A DNA stretch of 64,000 bases from Candidatus Thorarchaeota archaeon (lineage in GTDB: Archaea; Asgardarchaeota; Thorarchaeia; Thorarchaeales; Thorarchaeaceae). This document shows positions 39,417 through 49,037 of this stretch, one piece after another. The notes beneath the pieces are model-generated. The model saw nothing but the letters and a program-made list of their open reading frames with translations. It was not told where the DNA came from and did not search any database. The stretch spans positions 96,001 to 160,000 of the forward strand of contig JBHLRZ010000001.1 in assembly GCA_048882045.1 (NCBI GenBank), in the 5' to 3' direction. The first letter of the stretch is position 1. Every line of letters begins with the position of its first letter. The position numbers and the translations under genes are program-made.

Positions 39417-40363
39417 TCTTCACTCACTTCCTCTTTTAATTCTTCAATTTCTTCATCCTTCTCAGCCTCTACCTCTTCCGTTTCGGGTTCAGCCTCTGGC
39501 TCAACCTCTGGTTCAGGCTCAGGCTCTGGTTCGGGTTCGGGCTCTGAGTCCGGTTTTGATTCAGGTTCAGGCTCAGGCTCTGGTTCAGCTTCTGGCTCTG
39601 ACTCAACCTCTAGTTCAGGCTCAGGCTCTGGTTCTTCAAGAACTTCCTCAACCTGCTCAGGTTCAGCGTCAGAGGAGGGCTGGATCTTTTCCAGTTCCTC
39701 CACAAGCATCTGACTGATTCTATCAGTCAATTTGGTCGTGTGCGCTTGCGTTTCAATTGTCCTGAACGCCTTTATTGCAAGGCGTAGAATCTCCGTATTC
39801 GGAGCTTTTATCCAAATTCGACCATTTTGACCAACAATGGTTTGGATCTTCAAGTGGTCGTTGATCATGTTAATCATAGACCCTCTTCTACCAATAATCC
39901 GGGGGATTTTTGCGGGACTCACTTCAAGAATCATTCCATCAGTGAGCACTCTGAGACCTCTTCCTTTCATTCCCAGGAATGGACCGCTGTTTCGGTCAAA
40001 TGCAATAACCTCGGCGGAAATGGTGTCACCAATATCCATGTACTCTGAGATGTCATCAGAGTAAGGACGTCTTAATGCATTATTCGCGTGTAGAGAGGCA
40101 CCATATGGTCCTCCTATGTCCACCTTCCAATTGTTGCCAGCTACAATATTGATTACACCAATAACAAGATCACCTTCCTTTGGGACGTAAGCACCTTGTA
40201 GAGCAACAACTTTGACTGTGTTTCCTCTAAGTTCTGCTAAGCCCACAAGAGAAGAATAGATCTTGCCATCTTCATCATATGTACCGAAGGAGGCTCTATA
40301 CCTACCATCAGCAAGCAACTGCCCGGGGACAACTACCTCACGTTTTTGAAAATATACTGCCAA
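39413..40363 (-). CDS. rrp4: Exosome RNA-binding cap subunit Rrp4 with Glu/Pro tail
   Basis: [16 protein letters not shown] (S1), [12 protein letters not shown] (KH), GQNGRIW. Confidence 0.95.
   Translation of the reverse strand: MAVYFQKREVVVPGQLLADGRYRASFGTYDEDGKIYSSLVGLAELRGNTVKVVALQGAYVPKEGDLVIGVINIVAGNNWKVDIGGPYGASLHANNALRRPYSDDISEYMDIGDTISAEVIAFDRNSGPFLGMKGRGLRVLTDGMILEVSPAKIPRIIGRRGSMINMINDHLKIQTIVGQNGRIWIKAPNTEILRLAIKAFRTIETQAHTTKLTDRISQMLVEELEKIQPSSDAEPEQVEEVLEEPEPEPELEVESEPEAEPEPEPEPESKPDSEPEPEPEPEPEPEVEPEAEPETEEVEAEKDEEIEELKEEVSEE
39484..39665 (-). repeat. Degenerate 6-bp coding tandem repeat encoding (EP)n
   Basis: Multiple GGTTCAGGCTCAGGCTCT-type units encoding EPEPEPEPE. Confidence 0.8.
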
Positions 40364-40417
40364 TTACTATTTCCCTCATTCTTGTTCTAAGTTTCAATTA
40401 CTATTCATTGATCATGA

Positions 40418-41152
40418 TTATCTGACGACTTCTATTCGGATTTGTCCCTTCGTCAGTTTGTTCAGTTCATCATAGAGCTCTTGTCTCTTTTGAGCAGGAA
40501 GTTCAACAAGTCCAGTCCAAGAACCATCGTGACCCCAAGATTCAGATTTGATTACTCCAGTATTTGCCACTAGATTGTACCCTTTCCCGGAGAAAGATGC
40601 TGGGAGGGTTATCTGTAGCTTCACACTTTCGAATGAAATTGGAATGATTACACGAAGTGCCTTGACAACTGTTGGCACTTGCTCTTCTACTGATAGGAAG
40701 GGATCCACACGAACTTTGGCTTCTTCCATTGCTTGACGGATTCGATCAGGTGGATGAGGATGTCCTGTTTGTGGATTCATTGCACGTTTTGAGAGGTCAT
40801 TGATTATTGTTTCCGTCTTTTCTGCCACCAGTTGCTCTCTCTGCTCATGGGTCAATTTGAACTCACCATGTTTTAGTATCTCAGGAGCAACCTCAAAGAC
40901 TCTGTCCGAGCCAAAGGCATCCTTCACTAGGCTGTCAGTAGCATGTTCACCCCGTTTGGCATCCTCGTAAATCTCGTAGGACTTCAGAATGTCTTCGAGA
41001 GGTACGTCTTCTCCTCGTCTGTAGTCAAAGGCAAGATTCGGATCAACAAACAGCTCGAATCGCAGGTGGCCTTTCTGGATACCAATAACCACAGCGTCGA
41101 GCTCTAACCACTTCTCTCCAGATTTCTTTCCAGATCCTCCTCCGCCACTCAT
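40418..41152 (-). CDS. Ribosome maturation factor SBDS/Sdo1
   Basis: RFELFVDP, EIYEDAKRG, NPQTGHPHPPDRI; start ATG 41152. Confidence 0.93.
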   Translation of the reverse strand: MSGGGGSGKKSGEKWLELDAVVIGIQKGHLRFELFVDPNLAFDYRRGEDVPLEDILKSYEIYEDAKRGEHATDSLVKDAFGSDRVFEVAPEILKHGEFKLTHEQREQLVAEKTETIINDLSKRAMNPQTGHPHPPDRIRQAMEEAKVRVDPFLSVEEQVPTVVKALRVIIPISFESVKLQITLPASFSGKGYNLVANTGVIKSESWGHDGSWTGLVELPAQKRQELYDELNKLTKGQIRIEVVR

Positions 41153-41165
41153 TTTCCGCCAACTC

Positions 41166-41897
41166 TCATTCTTTCTTGGTTTTGTTAGGATTGAGGAATC
41201 CTTCAATCTCAGGCATTGATAATTTCACAAAGGTTCGAGTCGATTTAGGAATTCTAGCAATCTCAACGTTGTCTGCAGACAATTCCGTTTCATCAGACTC
41301 TCTTAATGCATTCAAGGCGAGAGCCACCGCCTCATCCAGACTCATCTTCTTTGAGTAGTTTTTCTCCAGATATTCACCAGCTCGAGCTGCACCCCTTCCA
41401 AGGACTGCGGCCAGGAAACCCCAATATGTTCCAACAGGATCAGTCACAAACATTTTTGGTGAGCCATCATAATCATTGGATCCAATTATCATTGCGACCC
41501 CATATGGTCTTGCTGAATAGCCTCGTGTGAATTGTGCCTTGTGATCACAAATGTGTTCAGCAAGTGCTTCTGCTGGAATAGGCTCTTCATATGTCAACCA
41601 GTATCTCTGTGCCTGTAATCTGGCTTCAGCAATCAACTTACGAGCATCAGCTGTAAGTCCTGAAGTTGCTATACCAAGATGTTCGTCGATTTTGGAGATT
41701 TTCTCAATACTATCTGGTTCTTGCAATGGTTTGACCTTCTTTTTGGCAAGAAATATCACTCCATCGTCAACAAGAACTCCGATTGATGTTTCACCTAATT
41801 CAACGGCTTTTTTTGCGTACTCAGCTGCAAAGATTCTCCCATCAGGACTAAATATACCAGTACTCGTATCATAGCCAGAGCCAGAGATCCCAAACAT
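41166..41897 (-). CDS. psmA: Proteasome alpha subunit
   Basis: GYD...FSPDGR..EYA, G.T.IG, KIDEH..SGL.ADAR, RPYGV, TDP.G; GGAGG RBS before ATG 41897. Confidence 0.93.
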   Translation of the reverse strand: MFGISGSGYDTSTGIFSPDGRIFAAEYAKKAVELGETSIGVLVDDGVIFLAKKKVKPLQEPDSIEKISKIDEHLGIATSGLTADARKLIAEARLQAQRYWLTYEEPIPAEALAEHICDHKAQFTRGYSARPYGVAMIIGSNDYDGSPKMFVTDPVGTYWGFLAAVLGRGAARAGEYLEKNYSKKMSLDEAVALALNALRESDETELSADNVEIARIPKSTRTFVKLSMPEIEGFLNPNKTKKE

Positions 41898-41912
41898 AGT
41901 ATCTTCCTCCAA

Positions 41913-42026
41913 GAGCCTCTAGAACACAACGGAAGTCGGAACATTACCATTGATACAATCCAACAATTCCGATGGGTCACAAGGACTCTCTTGTTGACAG
42001 CCCTAGGCAATCTTGCCTCAAGGCTC
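41913..42026 (-). ncRNA. Putative structured 5' leader RNA of the proteasome/exosome operon
   Basis: Three consecutive hairpins (41999-42025, 41976-41998, 41936-41972) downstream of a TTTATGA box (~42052-42058); ends GAGCCU/AGGCUC are complementary. Confidence 0.45.
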
Positions 42027-42102
42027 TGAATCGAAAGCTCAGACCTATACTCATAAAGCTTCTGGTGCATCCTTGAGTTTGATATTGATAATGATGATTG
42101 AA

Positions 42103-42501
42103 TTATTCTTGTAGTAAGTATAGATAGACTACAAACCCAAGAGATACAATCACTGAGGCAGCTCCTACGAAAACGCCAAACATGGTTGATGCCATGATTG
42201 CCTGTGCAATCAGAAGGATTATGACTTCTGCCCATCCTGCCCTGATGTCAGTCAACATCAATCTGAGATTAATCACAGAAACAGAGAGGAAAATGAAGAA
42301 CATTAACATCACAAGCACTTCGATGGCCACTGTGACAGACGGATTGATTGCGTTCAAAGCACCTACAGGACTTGTATCAATGATATCTGGTGAAGACCAG
42401 GCCCATAGGGCGAGTGCAATAATCAGGAATAACAAAGTGAACGTAATAGTGATTATTGAGGAACGCATTATAGTGCTTCTTTCTGGGGTATCTTCACTCA
42501 C
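42103..42501 (-). CDS. Small membrane protein
   Basis: About 4 hydrophobic helices; start uncertain (GTG 42501 or ATG 42468). Confidence 0.6.
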   Translation of the reverse strand: MSEDTPERSTIMRSSIITITFTLLFLIIALALWAWSSPDIIDTSPVGALNAINPSVTVAIEVLVMLMFFIFLSVSVINLRLMLTDIRAGWAEVIILLIAQAIMASTMFGVFVGAASVIVSLGFVVYLYLLQE

Positions 42502-42577
42502 TGTCTTGGCACCGACCTTGGAGCCGAGATGCCTACGTTTCACACTTAAAGATACCGACAGATTGAACATTGGCTGG

Positions 42578-43513
42578 TCAATGTTCATGGTGGTCATGGT
42601 TTGTTCCCATAACTGTATCAAGGGTGACTTCAACGAGTTCCTCATCGATTGTGCCAATCTCTACGTGAACTCTTTCCCTGAGCCTCTTTATCTGTAGGGC
42701 AAGTATGTATGAGAAGGCAGCAAGAATACCGGCAATTGCACTTGGAGAAACATATAGAACGAATGATGTTCCAATGCCAACAAATTCAGCAGTTACAGCT
42801 ATCAGAAACACTGTGATGATCACGCCTCGTACTGACTTGACCAGTTCGTTCGATGCTGCAGCTGGTGCAATCATTATCGCATAAACAAGAATAGCACCAA
42901 CAGCTTTTGTAGCAAGAGCGATCGCTAGTGCTGATACTATGAGCATTAGGTAGTGATATACACGTGCGTTCATACCATGGGCAATTGATCCTTCCATGTC
43001 GACGCTTACATAGACAAACTCTTTGTTAAACATCAACGTGATAATCCCAAGTAGGGCTGCAGTGCTTGCAAGCAGTATTAGGTCTAAATCATTCAGGAGA
43101 AGGATATCACCTACAAGATACCCCCAGATTTGAGGAACTCTATAGGGAGGGATATAGTACATCAGGAAGACAGCCAAGCTCATGGAAAGAGCGAATGACA
43201 CACCAACTGCAACTTCCATCTTCTGAGTGATTCCTGATTCGCCAGCATAGCCAGTGAAGAGTGCAACTAGAATTGCGAACAGTAACGCACCAACGACAGG
43301 ATCGAACCAAGGAGCGATTCCTGAGTCTTGAAGGAAAATCCCAAGTGCGGCTCCACCAAGAGCTGCATGCGCAACCCCTGAAGCCATGAATGATAGACCA
43401 CGAAAGACAAGGAATGTCCCACTAGCTGCAGCTACAATGGCGACCAAGATTGCTCCAATCAATGCTCGTTGAAGAAAGGGACTCGTGAGGATCACTTGGA
43501 GAATGTCAATCAT
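42578..43513 (-). CDS. znuB: Zn/Mn ABC transporter permease
   Basis: GTFLVFRGLSFMASGVAHAALGG, YLVGDIL, VGAILV; His-rich C-terminus HDHHEH. Confidence 0.88.
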   Translation of the reverse strand: MIDILQVILTSPFLQRALIGAILVAIVAAASGTFLVFRGLSFMASGVAHAALGGAALGIFLQDSGIAPWFDPVVGALLFAILVALFTGYAGESGITQKMEVAVGVSFALSMSLAVFLMYYIPPYRVPQIWGYLVGDILLLNDLDLILLASTAALLGIITLMFNKEFVYVSVDMEGSIAHGMNARVYHYLMLIVSALAIALATKAVGAILVYAIMIAPAAASNELVKSVRGVIITVFLIAVTAEFVGIGTSFVLYVSPSAIAGILAAFSYILALQIKRLRERVHVEIGTIDEELVEVTLDTVMGTNHDHHEH

Positions 43514-44312
43514 GTCGATCCATCCCTGAGTCACGAGTCATGCAGTATCGATGACCTGAGTGTTCAACAATTCGGGCAGAAGGTCCATACACCTTCTTGA
43601 TGAGTTCCGGATCCATGACTGAACATGGTTCACCAGTACCAATCACAGTGTTCTTCAGGAGAAGCACATCTTCAACGAGTGTGTGAATAGGATTTAGATC
43701 GTGTGTGACCATAATTATACTAACATCGTTCTCTTTATGGTACCTACCAAGGGCTTCGACAATAAGGTCTTGACTTTCAACATCGGTCCCTGACAGAGGT
43801 TCATCAAGAACCAGTATTGAACCCTCACTAGCAAGTGCTCTTGCAACTAGAACACGCTGCCTTTGACCTCCGGATAGTTCAGGAAAGGGTCGTTCCCATA
43901 GATCATCCATGTTTACCTGCTGAAGAGCATTTCTTGCTATTGCTATGTCCTTGGATGATGCAAAACGAGGTGGCAGTTTCTTTAGCAGTCTACCCATCAA
44001 CACAATGTCTTTGACCTTCATCGGTACTGTGAGCTCAATTTGGTCTCGTTGAGGAACGTATCTGACAATCTTGCGAATCGTCCTCGACTTCTTCTGAGAA
44101 TCATAGCCTTTGACCTTGATTGTCCCCTGTGTAGGTTTAATCAGCCCAAGAGAAGTCCTGATGAGTGTAGACTTTCCAGACCCATTTGGTCCTATGATGG
44201 CCATGAAGCTAGGAGATTTTATTCTAAAAGACACGTTATTGAGTGCAAGCTCACCATTTGGATAACGAACGAAGAGGTTGTTTGCTTCAATCAGTGGAAC
44301 AGACTCCATCAA
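43506..44312 (-). CDS. znuC: Zn/Mn ABC transporter ATPase
   Basis: GPNGSGKST, YVPQ, LSGGQRQR, LDEP. Confidence 0.88.
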   Translation of the reverse strand: MMESVPLIEANNLFVRYPNGELALNNVSFRIKSPSFMAIIGPNGSGKSTLIRTSLGLIKPTQGTIKVKGYDSQKKSRTIRKIVRYVPQRDQIELTVPMKVKDIVLMGRLLKKLPPRFASSKDIAIARNALQQVNMDDLWERPFPELSGGQRQRVLVARALASEGSILVLDEPLSGTDVESQDLIVEALGRYHKENDVSIIMVTHDLNPIHTLVEDVLLLKNTVIGTGEPCSVMDPELIKKVYGPSARIVEHSGHRYCMTRDSGMDRHD

Positions 44313-44710
44313 ATACCGCCTCCCATGAAACTCACATCCACCTTCAGCACTTTCTTTTGTGCACGTAGTTTCTTCAGGAACTCACGAACTTCATTAGCTT
44401 TTGCAGTCACAACCATCACTTCTACACAGTTACCAGTACTAGTGTGATCGTGTATCAATGCAGTCAATGCATCCCCGTATTCATGCTGAACTGCACTGAT
44501 GCCTTGTCCATGACCTTTCTTCGCATAGAGCGCCGTGAATACTGCTGTAACTGTTCCCTTTGCATTCTCGATGGAACGATGTTCAGTAAGTAATTTTTGT
44601 AATGCATGTCGAACAACATCGGACCTGTTGGAGAACTGTCCATGCTTCTTTAGGAACTCTAGCTCCGTTAGGTCAGAATCAGTCATGGATATTGCAACAA
44701 TGGGCATCAT
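44309..44710 (-). CDS. NikR-like ribbon-helix-helix metal-responsive regulator
   Basis: IVAISM..NRSDVVRHA, QHEY, HDH..NCVEV. Confidence 0.85.
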   Translation of the reverse strand: MMPIVAISMTDSDLTELEFLKKHGQFSNRSDVVRHALQKLLTEHRSIENAKGTVTAVFTALYAKKGHGQGISAVQHEYGDALTALIHDHTSTGNCVEVMVVTAKANEVREFLKKLRAQKKVLKVDVSFMGGGI

Positions 44711-44733
44711 AACACCTCTCGAGCAGCACTCAG

Positions 44734-44750
44734 TTAGTAACTATTACTAA
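44734..44750. promoter_or_regulatory. Palindromic operator between NikR-like regulator and metal-binding protein gene
   Basis: Perfect inverted repeat TTAGTAA-CTA-TTACTAA next to an AT-rich TATA region. Confidence 0.6.
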
Positions 44751-44786
44751 AATATTATTAAGGATTTGGCTACATGAATTTCTGAA

Positions 44787-45863
44787 GTGATGTTTTTGAA
44801 GAGGAGATTATATGCACTAATACCACTTGTCCTACTCTTTATACCTTTGACTATGAGTTCGATGGTTGTTAATGTTCAAGCGCAAGTGGAGCCTGTATTT
44901 GATATCGCTGCATCTGTTTCCTCTTTGGCTGGAATATCTCAAGAAGTGGGAGGCTCTCTTGTTAGGATGTCAACCTTGCTTGATCAGGAAGCCGATCCTC
45001 ACACCTATGCATTCACACCGGAGGTCATAGCGATGGCTGAGGCTGCAGACCTTCTGGTGTTTACCGGACACTTTCACTGGGAAGAAGAGCTTGCCAATCT
45101 AACAGCGACACCTTTCATTTCTTTCCACGATGACAATGCGCTTGAGATGTATGAAGAATATGGAGCATCTTTATCACCTATGCCAGGAGAAGAAGAAACC
45201 ATAGTGGATGGAGGCCATGACCACGAGGGGAATCCACATGCATTTTGGCTGCTCCCTCAAAATGCTCTTGCAATAGCGAATGCTACAAGAGCAGCATTGA
45301 CCTCTCTCAATGCGACCTTTGCGGGCGATTGGTCGGCTAACTTCAATTCGTTTTCAGATTCGATTGATGGACTTCAAACCACTATTGATACTCTTAATCT
45401 CATCCATGGCTTTTCAGACATGCATGCAGTTGTCGTTTCACCAGCTGAAGCATACGTCGCTGAAGCTTTCGGAATTACATGTGACGCTGTCCTACAGATT
45501 GAAGACATCACCTTACCAGTAGCTAAATTGCTAGAAGTTCAAGAAGCCATTCGAAATGGCAGTATCAGTCTGATAATTGGTTCAGATATTAGCCAATTCC
45601 AGGCTGGTGGAGATTTTGCGTATCAGATACAGACGGACTACGGAGGAATCCTCATCTGGTGGAGAACAGTATTCTTTGCAGAGTCTGAATATTTTTGGTT
45701 GATGAACTATAATTTAGGAGCATTGGTGTCTGGTATTGAAGGGCGATCTGGAACCACATCAAACAACTCATTCAATGTGGGACTACTTGCATTATCTGCT
45801 GTGCTTGGAATCTTTGTCACTATAGAATCAGTTCTTCTGGTCATGCGTGCGAGAGCTGAATAG
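44787..45863 (+). CDS. znuA: Zn/Mn ABC transporter substrate-binding protein with C-terminal TM anchor
   Basis: DPHTY, HDHEGNPHAFWL; signal peptide and C-terminal TM. Confidence 0.85.
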   Translation: MMFLKRRLYALIPLVLLFIPLTMSSMVVNVQAQVEPVFDIAASVSSLAGISQEVGGSLVRMSTLLDQEADPHTYAFTPEVIAMAEAADLLVFTGHFHWEEELANLTATPFISFHDDNALEMYEEYGASLSPMPGEEETIVDGGHDHEGNPHAFWLLPQNALAIANATRAALTSLNATFAGDWSANFNSFSDSIDGLQTTIDTLNLIHGFSDMHAVVVSPAEAYVAEAFGITCDAVLQIEDITLPVAKLLEVQEAIRNGSISLIIGSDISQFQAGGDFAYQIQTDYGGILIWWRTVFFAESEYFWLMNYNLGALVSGIEGRSGTTSNNSFNVGLLALSAVLGIFVTIESVLLVMRARAE

Positions 45864-45870
45864 ACAAATT

Positions 45871-46203
45871 CTATTGTTCTACCTTTGTCCCAAGACGCAT
45901 GTTATATACTGTGAACTCCAACTCAGTCAGTTCATCTTGGAGGATTCTGTATTTTTCATCGAACTCATCTTGGCCAATGATCCCGGCCTTCTTATCAGAA
46001 ACCAGTTGTTTCAGTGCTTTCTGACGTTCCTTGATCTTGTTCTTCAGACTCTCCCATTCTTCCCTGTGAGATGAAACTGATTGCCCCCAGCTCTTGCTGG
46101 CATCAGCATCTTGGTCCAATTTATGTACAACATCGTCCAGTGACTTCTTGATCTTTTCAGAGTCACTAGACTTCTCTGAATCATCGCCCAACTTATTCAC
46201 CAA
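45871..46203 (-). CDS. Small coiled-coil protein with SHOCT-like motif
   Basis: KAGIIGQDEFDEKY within heptad repeats. Confidence 0.55.
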   Translation of the reverse strand: MVNKLGDDSEKSSDSEKIKKSLDDVVHKLDQDADASKSWGQSVSSHREEWESLKNKIKERQKALKQLVSDKKAGIIGQDEFDEKYRILQDELTELEFTVYNMRLGTKVEQ

Positions 46204-46256
46204 TAGTTAGGTCTAGGAATGGTATTTGATAAATACCTTCAGATTGCGCTATCAGC

Positions 46257-47192
46257 TTAACCCAGAAAGAGTAGGAGAAATGGGATTATCGGGAGCAATA
46301 GTAGAGTTCCTACGGTGACTGTAGTCGAAGCAGTTTCTACATCTAGGTCGAAACCTGATGCATATACTACTGTCAGAACAGCTGACGGCATCAGAGACTC
46401 TACTATTAGAACCTGTAAGGGAACTTGGGAGAGTCCGGAGAATAGGATAATTGGTAGCATGATTAGAGGGATGATCAGCTGCCTTACTGCAATGACATTC
46501 AATGCAACACGGATGTCAGAGAGAGAGAATCGAATTCCTACACCAATACCAACTGACAATAATGCTAAGTATGTCGTTAATGATGGATTATAGGATAATA
46601 CAGATATGAGTGACTCAGGAAGCACAAGTCCAAAGGTAAGGAAAATCAGTGCAGTTAATGCAGCGAGAAACGGAGGGAAGAGAATTGCATCCTTTGCAAT
46701 CTTGTTCCAACCAGCATCTTTCTCGCTGAAAGTCGCGCCCATGAAGGAACCCAGCGTAACGATGAGGGTCATTTGAGTCAGAGAGAAAAGGACCACAAAA
46801 GGGACACCTGAAGGTCCCAAGAACATGAGGACTAGTGGAAGTGGAATAAACAGAGCGTTGTTGAAGGTGGAACAGATGTACAGTGAGCCTTTTGTCTGAA
46901 CCATCATTTCGCTTCGTTTCAATCGGAAATATATCAGAACAGGTCCAAGAAGATGAATCAACACAGCTAGCATGAGATAGGCAGGAATTTCGACCAGTGA
47001 TGATGGCGAAGAAGTGACAAGAACATAGAACACCAATAGTGGTACTAGAATATTGATGAGGACTGAATTGAGGTGTTTGTTAACAGCCTGACCCTTGTCA
47101 GACAAACGGGCTATTAGATATCCAATGACGATGAATCCATAGAAGAGTGTCATTTGAATAAAGAAGGCATCGATTGTCTGGATTGCTAACAC
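46257..47192 (-). CDS. AEC (auxin efflux carrier/malate permease) family transporter
   Basis: About 10 TM; FNNALFIPLP, MPSAV motifs. Confidence 0.85.
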   Translation of the reverse strand: MLAIQTIDAFFIQMTLFYGFIVIGYLIARLSDKGQAVNKHLNSVLINILVPLLVFYVLVTSSPSSLVEIPAYLMLAVLIHLLGPVLIYFRLKRSEMMVQTKGSLYICSTFNNALFIPLPLVLMFLGPSGVPFVVLFSLTQMTLIVTLGSFMGATFSEKDAGWNKIAKDAILFPPFLAALTALIFLTFGLVLPESLISVLSYNPSLTTYLALLSVGIGVGIRFSLSDIRVALNVIAVRQLIIPLIMLPIILFSGLSQVPLQVLIVESLMPSAVLTVVYASGFDLDVETASTTVTVGTLLLLPIIPFLLLFLG

Positions 47193-47244
47193 CTAGTCTG
47201 GGGCAGTTTTTTCTACGAAATAAGGTAATGGATGAGGGAATTAG

Positions 47245-49026
47245 TTACAGATCGGTTATTCCCAATTCTTCAAGGGCTTCAATTGATGGTCTACCAGACT
47301 TTCGGTCCCATTTTCGATACTCGTAATATTCTCTTAGTTGAGAATCCACATCTGGTACAAAGTCATCGGTGATGCTTTCTGCATGAGGTTCGAGGAGTGG
47401 TAGAGGTAGTTTTTCATCAGAAGTCTTGAGTCCGCATCTTAAGTTAAACAACCTTTTCATAGTGACTGCACGAGCTCCGATGGTCATTATGTCCTCAAGT
47501 TGATAATTGGACCCAATTGCTAGATTCAATAGCTCTACAATGGATTCCGGAGGAACTATAGCAAAATGACACATTATCACAGAGTCAAAGAATGCTCGAA
47601 ATTCCTGAGACTTTGCTGCAATCTTGCCCTTGTCTTCATTCTCTAAGCGATCCCCAGCAACAATTCCAAGGGTTCTTACGTCCGCACCCATATCGACACT
47701 ATACATGTCACCTTCCATGTGAGACGCTCCTCGAGATGCGATGGTGTAAACAGTTGCCATACCAGAAAAAGCACGAGGGTCGTGGTTTGGAATCTCTAGT
47801 CCTCTCACATGAAGCACGATATCCTCAGCTGAATGTTTTCTGGCAACTGCAAGAGCACCATCCGCTAGTAGATTTCCAAGACCATCTCGTTTTGCAATAC
47901 TATGTATTGTTTCCATAACTCCATCAGGATTATTCCAGGTGAATCCATAGTCAGCTTTTCCAATGTCACAGAGAAGTGTAGTGAATGAAATCGTACTTCC
48001 ACAACTTATAGTGTCCATTCCATACTGATTGCAAAGTCTGTTCATGAGAGTGATTTTCTTCAGATCAGAGATTAATAGGTTCGAACCAAACGAAGCCACA
48101 GTCTGAAACTCCGGACCACCAATATCAACGAGATCATACTCGGGAATAGACACCTTTCTTCCACATCCAATAGGACAGGAATAACAGGCGGTACGCCCCG
48201 TGAGAATTTCTTCCATTGACTTTGCGTTTATGAGATCAGCATCGTCAAACTCAATTTCTTGAAAATACTTGATGGGCATATCATTAAACATCATACCAAT
48301 GTCCACGTACATGACTGTTCCTTGCTCGCGGAGATGAGTCATTGCTTCAGCAAGTGTTTTTCGTGTTCTCTGTGCTAACTCCTGGAAATCTTCAGGGGTT
48401 TGAAGTGGTACTCGGTCATTACCCCCGACTGTGATAGCCTTGAGATTTTTCGATCCCATCACAGCTCCGAGACCGCATCGTGCAGAAACTCGTTCATTGG
48501 TGACAATACTCGCGAATTTGACTAAGTTCTCCCCAGCTGGACCAATACATGCAACTTGAACCCGTCCCAACTCTTCCTTCAGGATCTTTTGCGTAGTATC
48601 AGTCATTTTACCCCAAAGGTGGCCTGCTGGAACAATATCGACCCGACTATTATTGATCTGCAGAGTGACGGGATTCTCTGCACGACCTTCAATCAGAACA
48701 CCATCATATCCTGAAAATTTTAGGAATGCTCCAAAATGACCTCCAACATGAGATTCACCCCAAAGATTCGTGATTGGAGACCTACTACACACTACATGGC
48801 GTCCGGTACAAGGAGCCAAGGTTCCTGTGAGAGGTCCTGTCATAAAAAGTAACTTGTTGTCTGGACTCAGGGGATCTGTATCTGGGTCTAAGAGATTATA
48901 GAGAAAGCGAGCTGCATATCCACTTCCACCAAGATATTCTGAAGCAATGGATTTGCTAATCTCAAAAGTGTTTGTTTCATTTGTTTTTAGATTTGCAGCT
49001 AGTATCTGACCCATATATCCAGCCAT
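47245..49026 (-). CDS. aor: Tungsten-type aldehyde:ferredoxin oxidoreductase
   Basis: GPAGENLV, GAVMGSKNLKAI, CYSCPIGC, PEFQT, GMDTIS, HDPR. Confidence 0.92.
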   Translation of the reverse strand: MAGYMGQILAANLKTNETNTFEISKSIASEYLGGSGYAARFLYNLLDPDTDPLSPDNKLLFMTGPLTGTLAPCTGRHVVCSRSPITNLWGESHVGGHFGAFLKFSGYDGVLIEGRAENPVTLQINNSRVDIVPAGHLWGKMTDTTQKILKEELGRVQVACIGPAGENLVKFASIVTNERVSARCGLGAVMGSKNLKAITVGGNDRVPLQTPEDFQELAQRTRKTLAEAMTHLREQGTVMYVDIGMMFNDMPIKYFQEIEFDDADLINAKSMEEILTGRTACYSCPIGCGRKVSIPEYDLVDIGGPEFQTVASFGSNLLISDLKKITLMNRLCNQYGMDTISCGSTISFTTLLCDIGKADYGFTWNNPDGVMETIHSIAKRDGLGNLLADGALAVARKHSAEDIVLHVRGLEIPNHDPRAFSGMATVYTIASRGASHMEGDMYSVDMGADVRTLGIVAGDRLENEDKGKIAAKSQEFRAFFDSVIMCHFAIVPPESIVELLNLAIGSNYQLEDIMTIGARAVTMKRLFNLRCGLKTSDEKLPLPLLEPHAESITDDFVPDVDSQLREYYEYRKWDRKSGRPSIEALEELGITDL

Positions 49027-49037
49027 TGACCGTGCCT

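Noticed and set aside
39484-39665. Repeated GGTTCAGGCTCAGGCTCT units as a possible CRISPR array or VNTR element
   Set aside because: No spacers; the repeats are in-frame codons for the (EP)n tail of Rrp4
41795-42235. 146-aa minus-strand ORF as possible Pop5/Rpp14 upstream of psmA
   Set aside because: No RxRY motif, overlaps two real genes, and spans the promoter/leader
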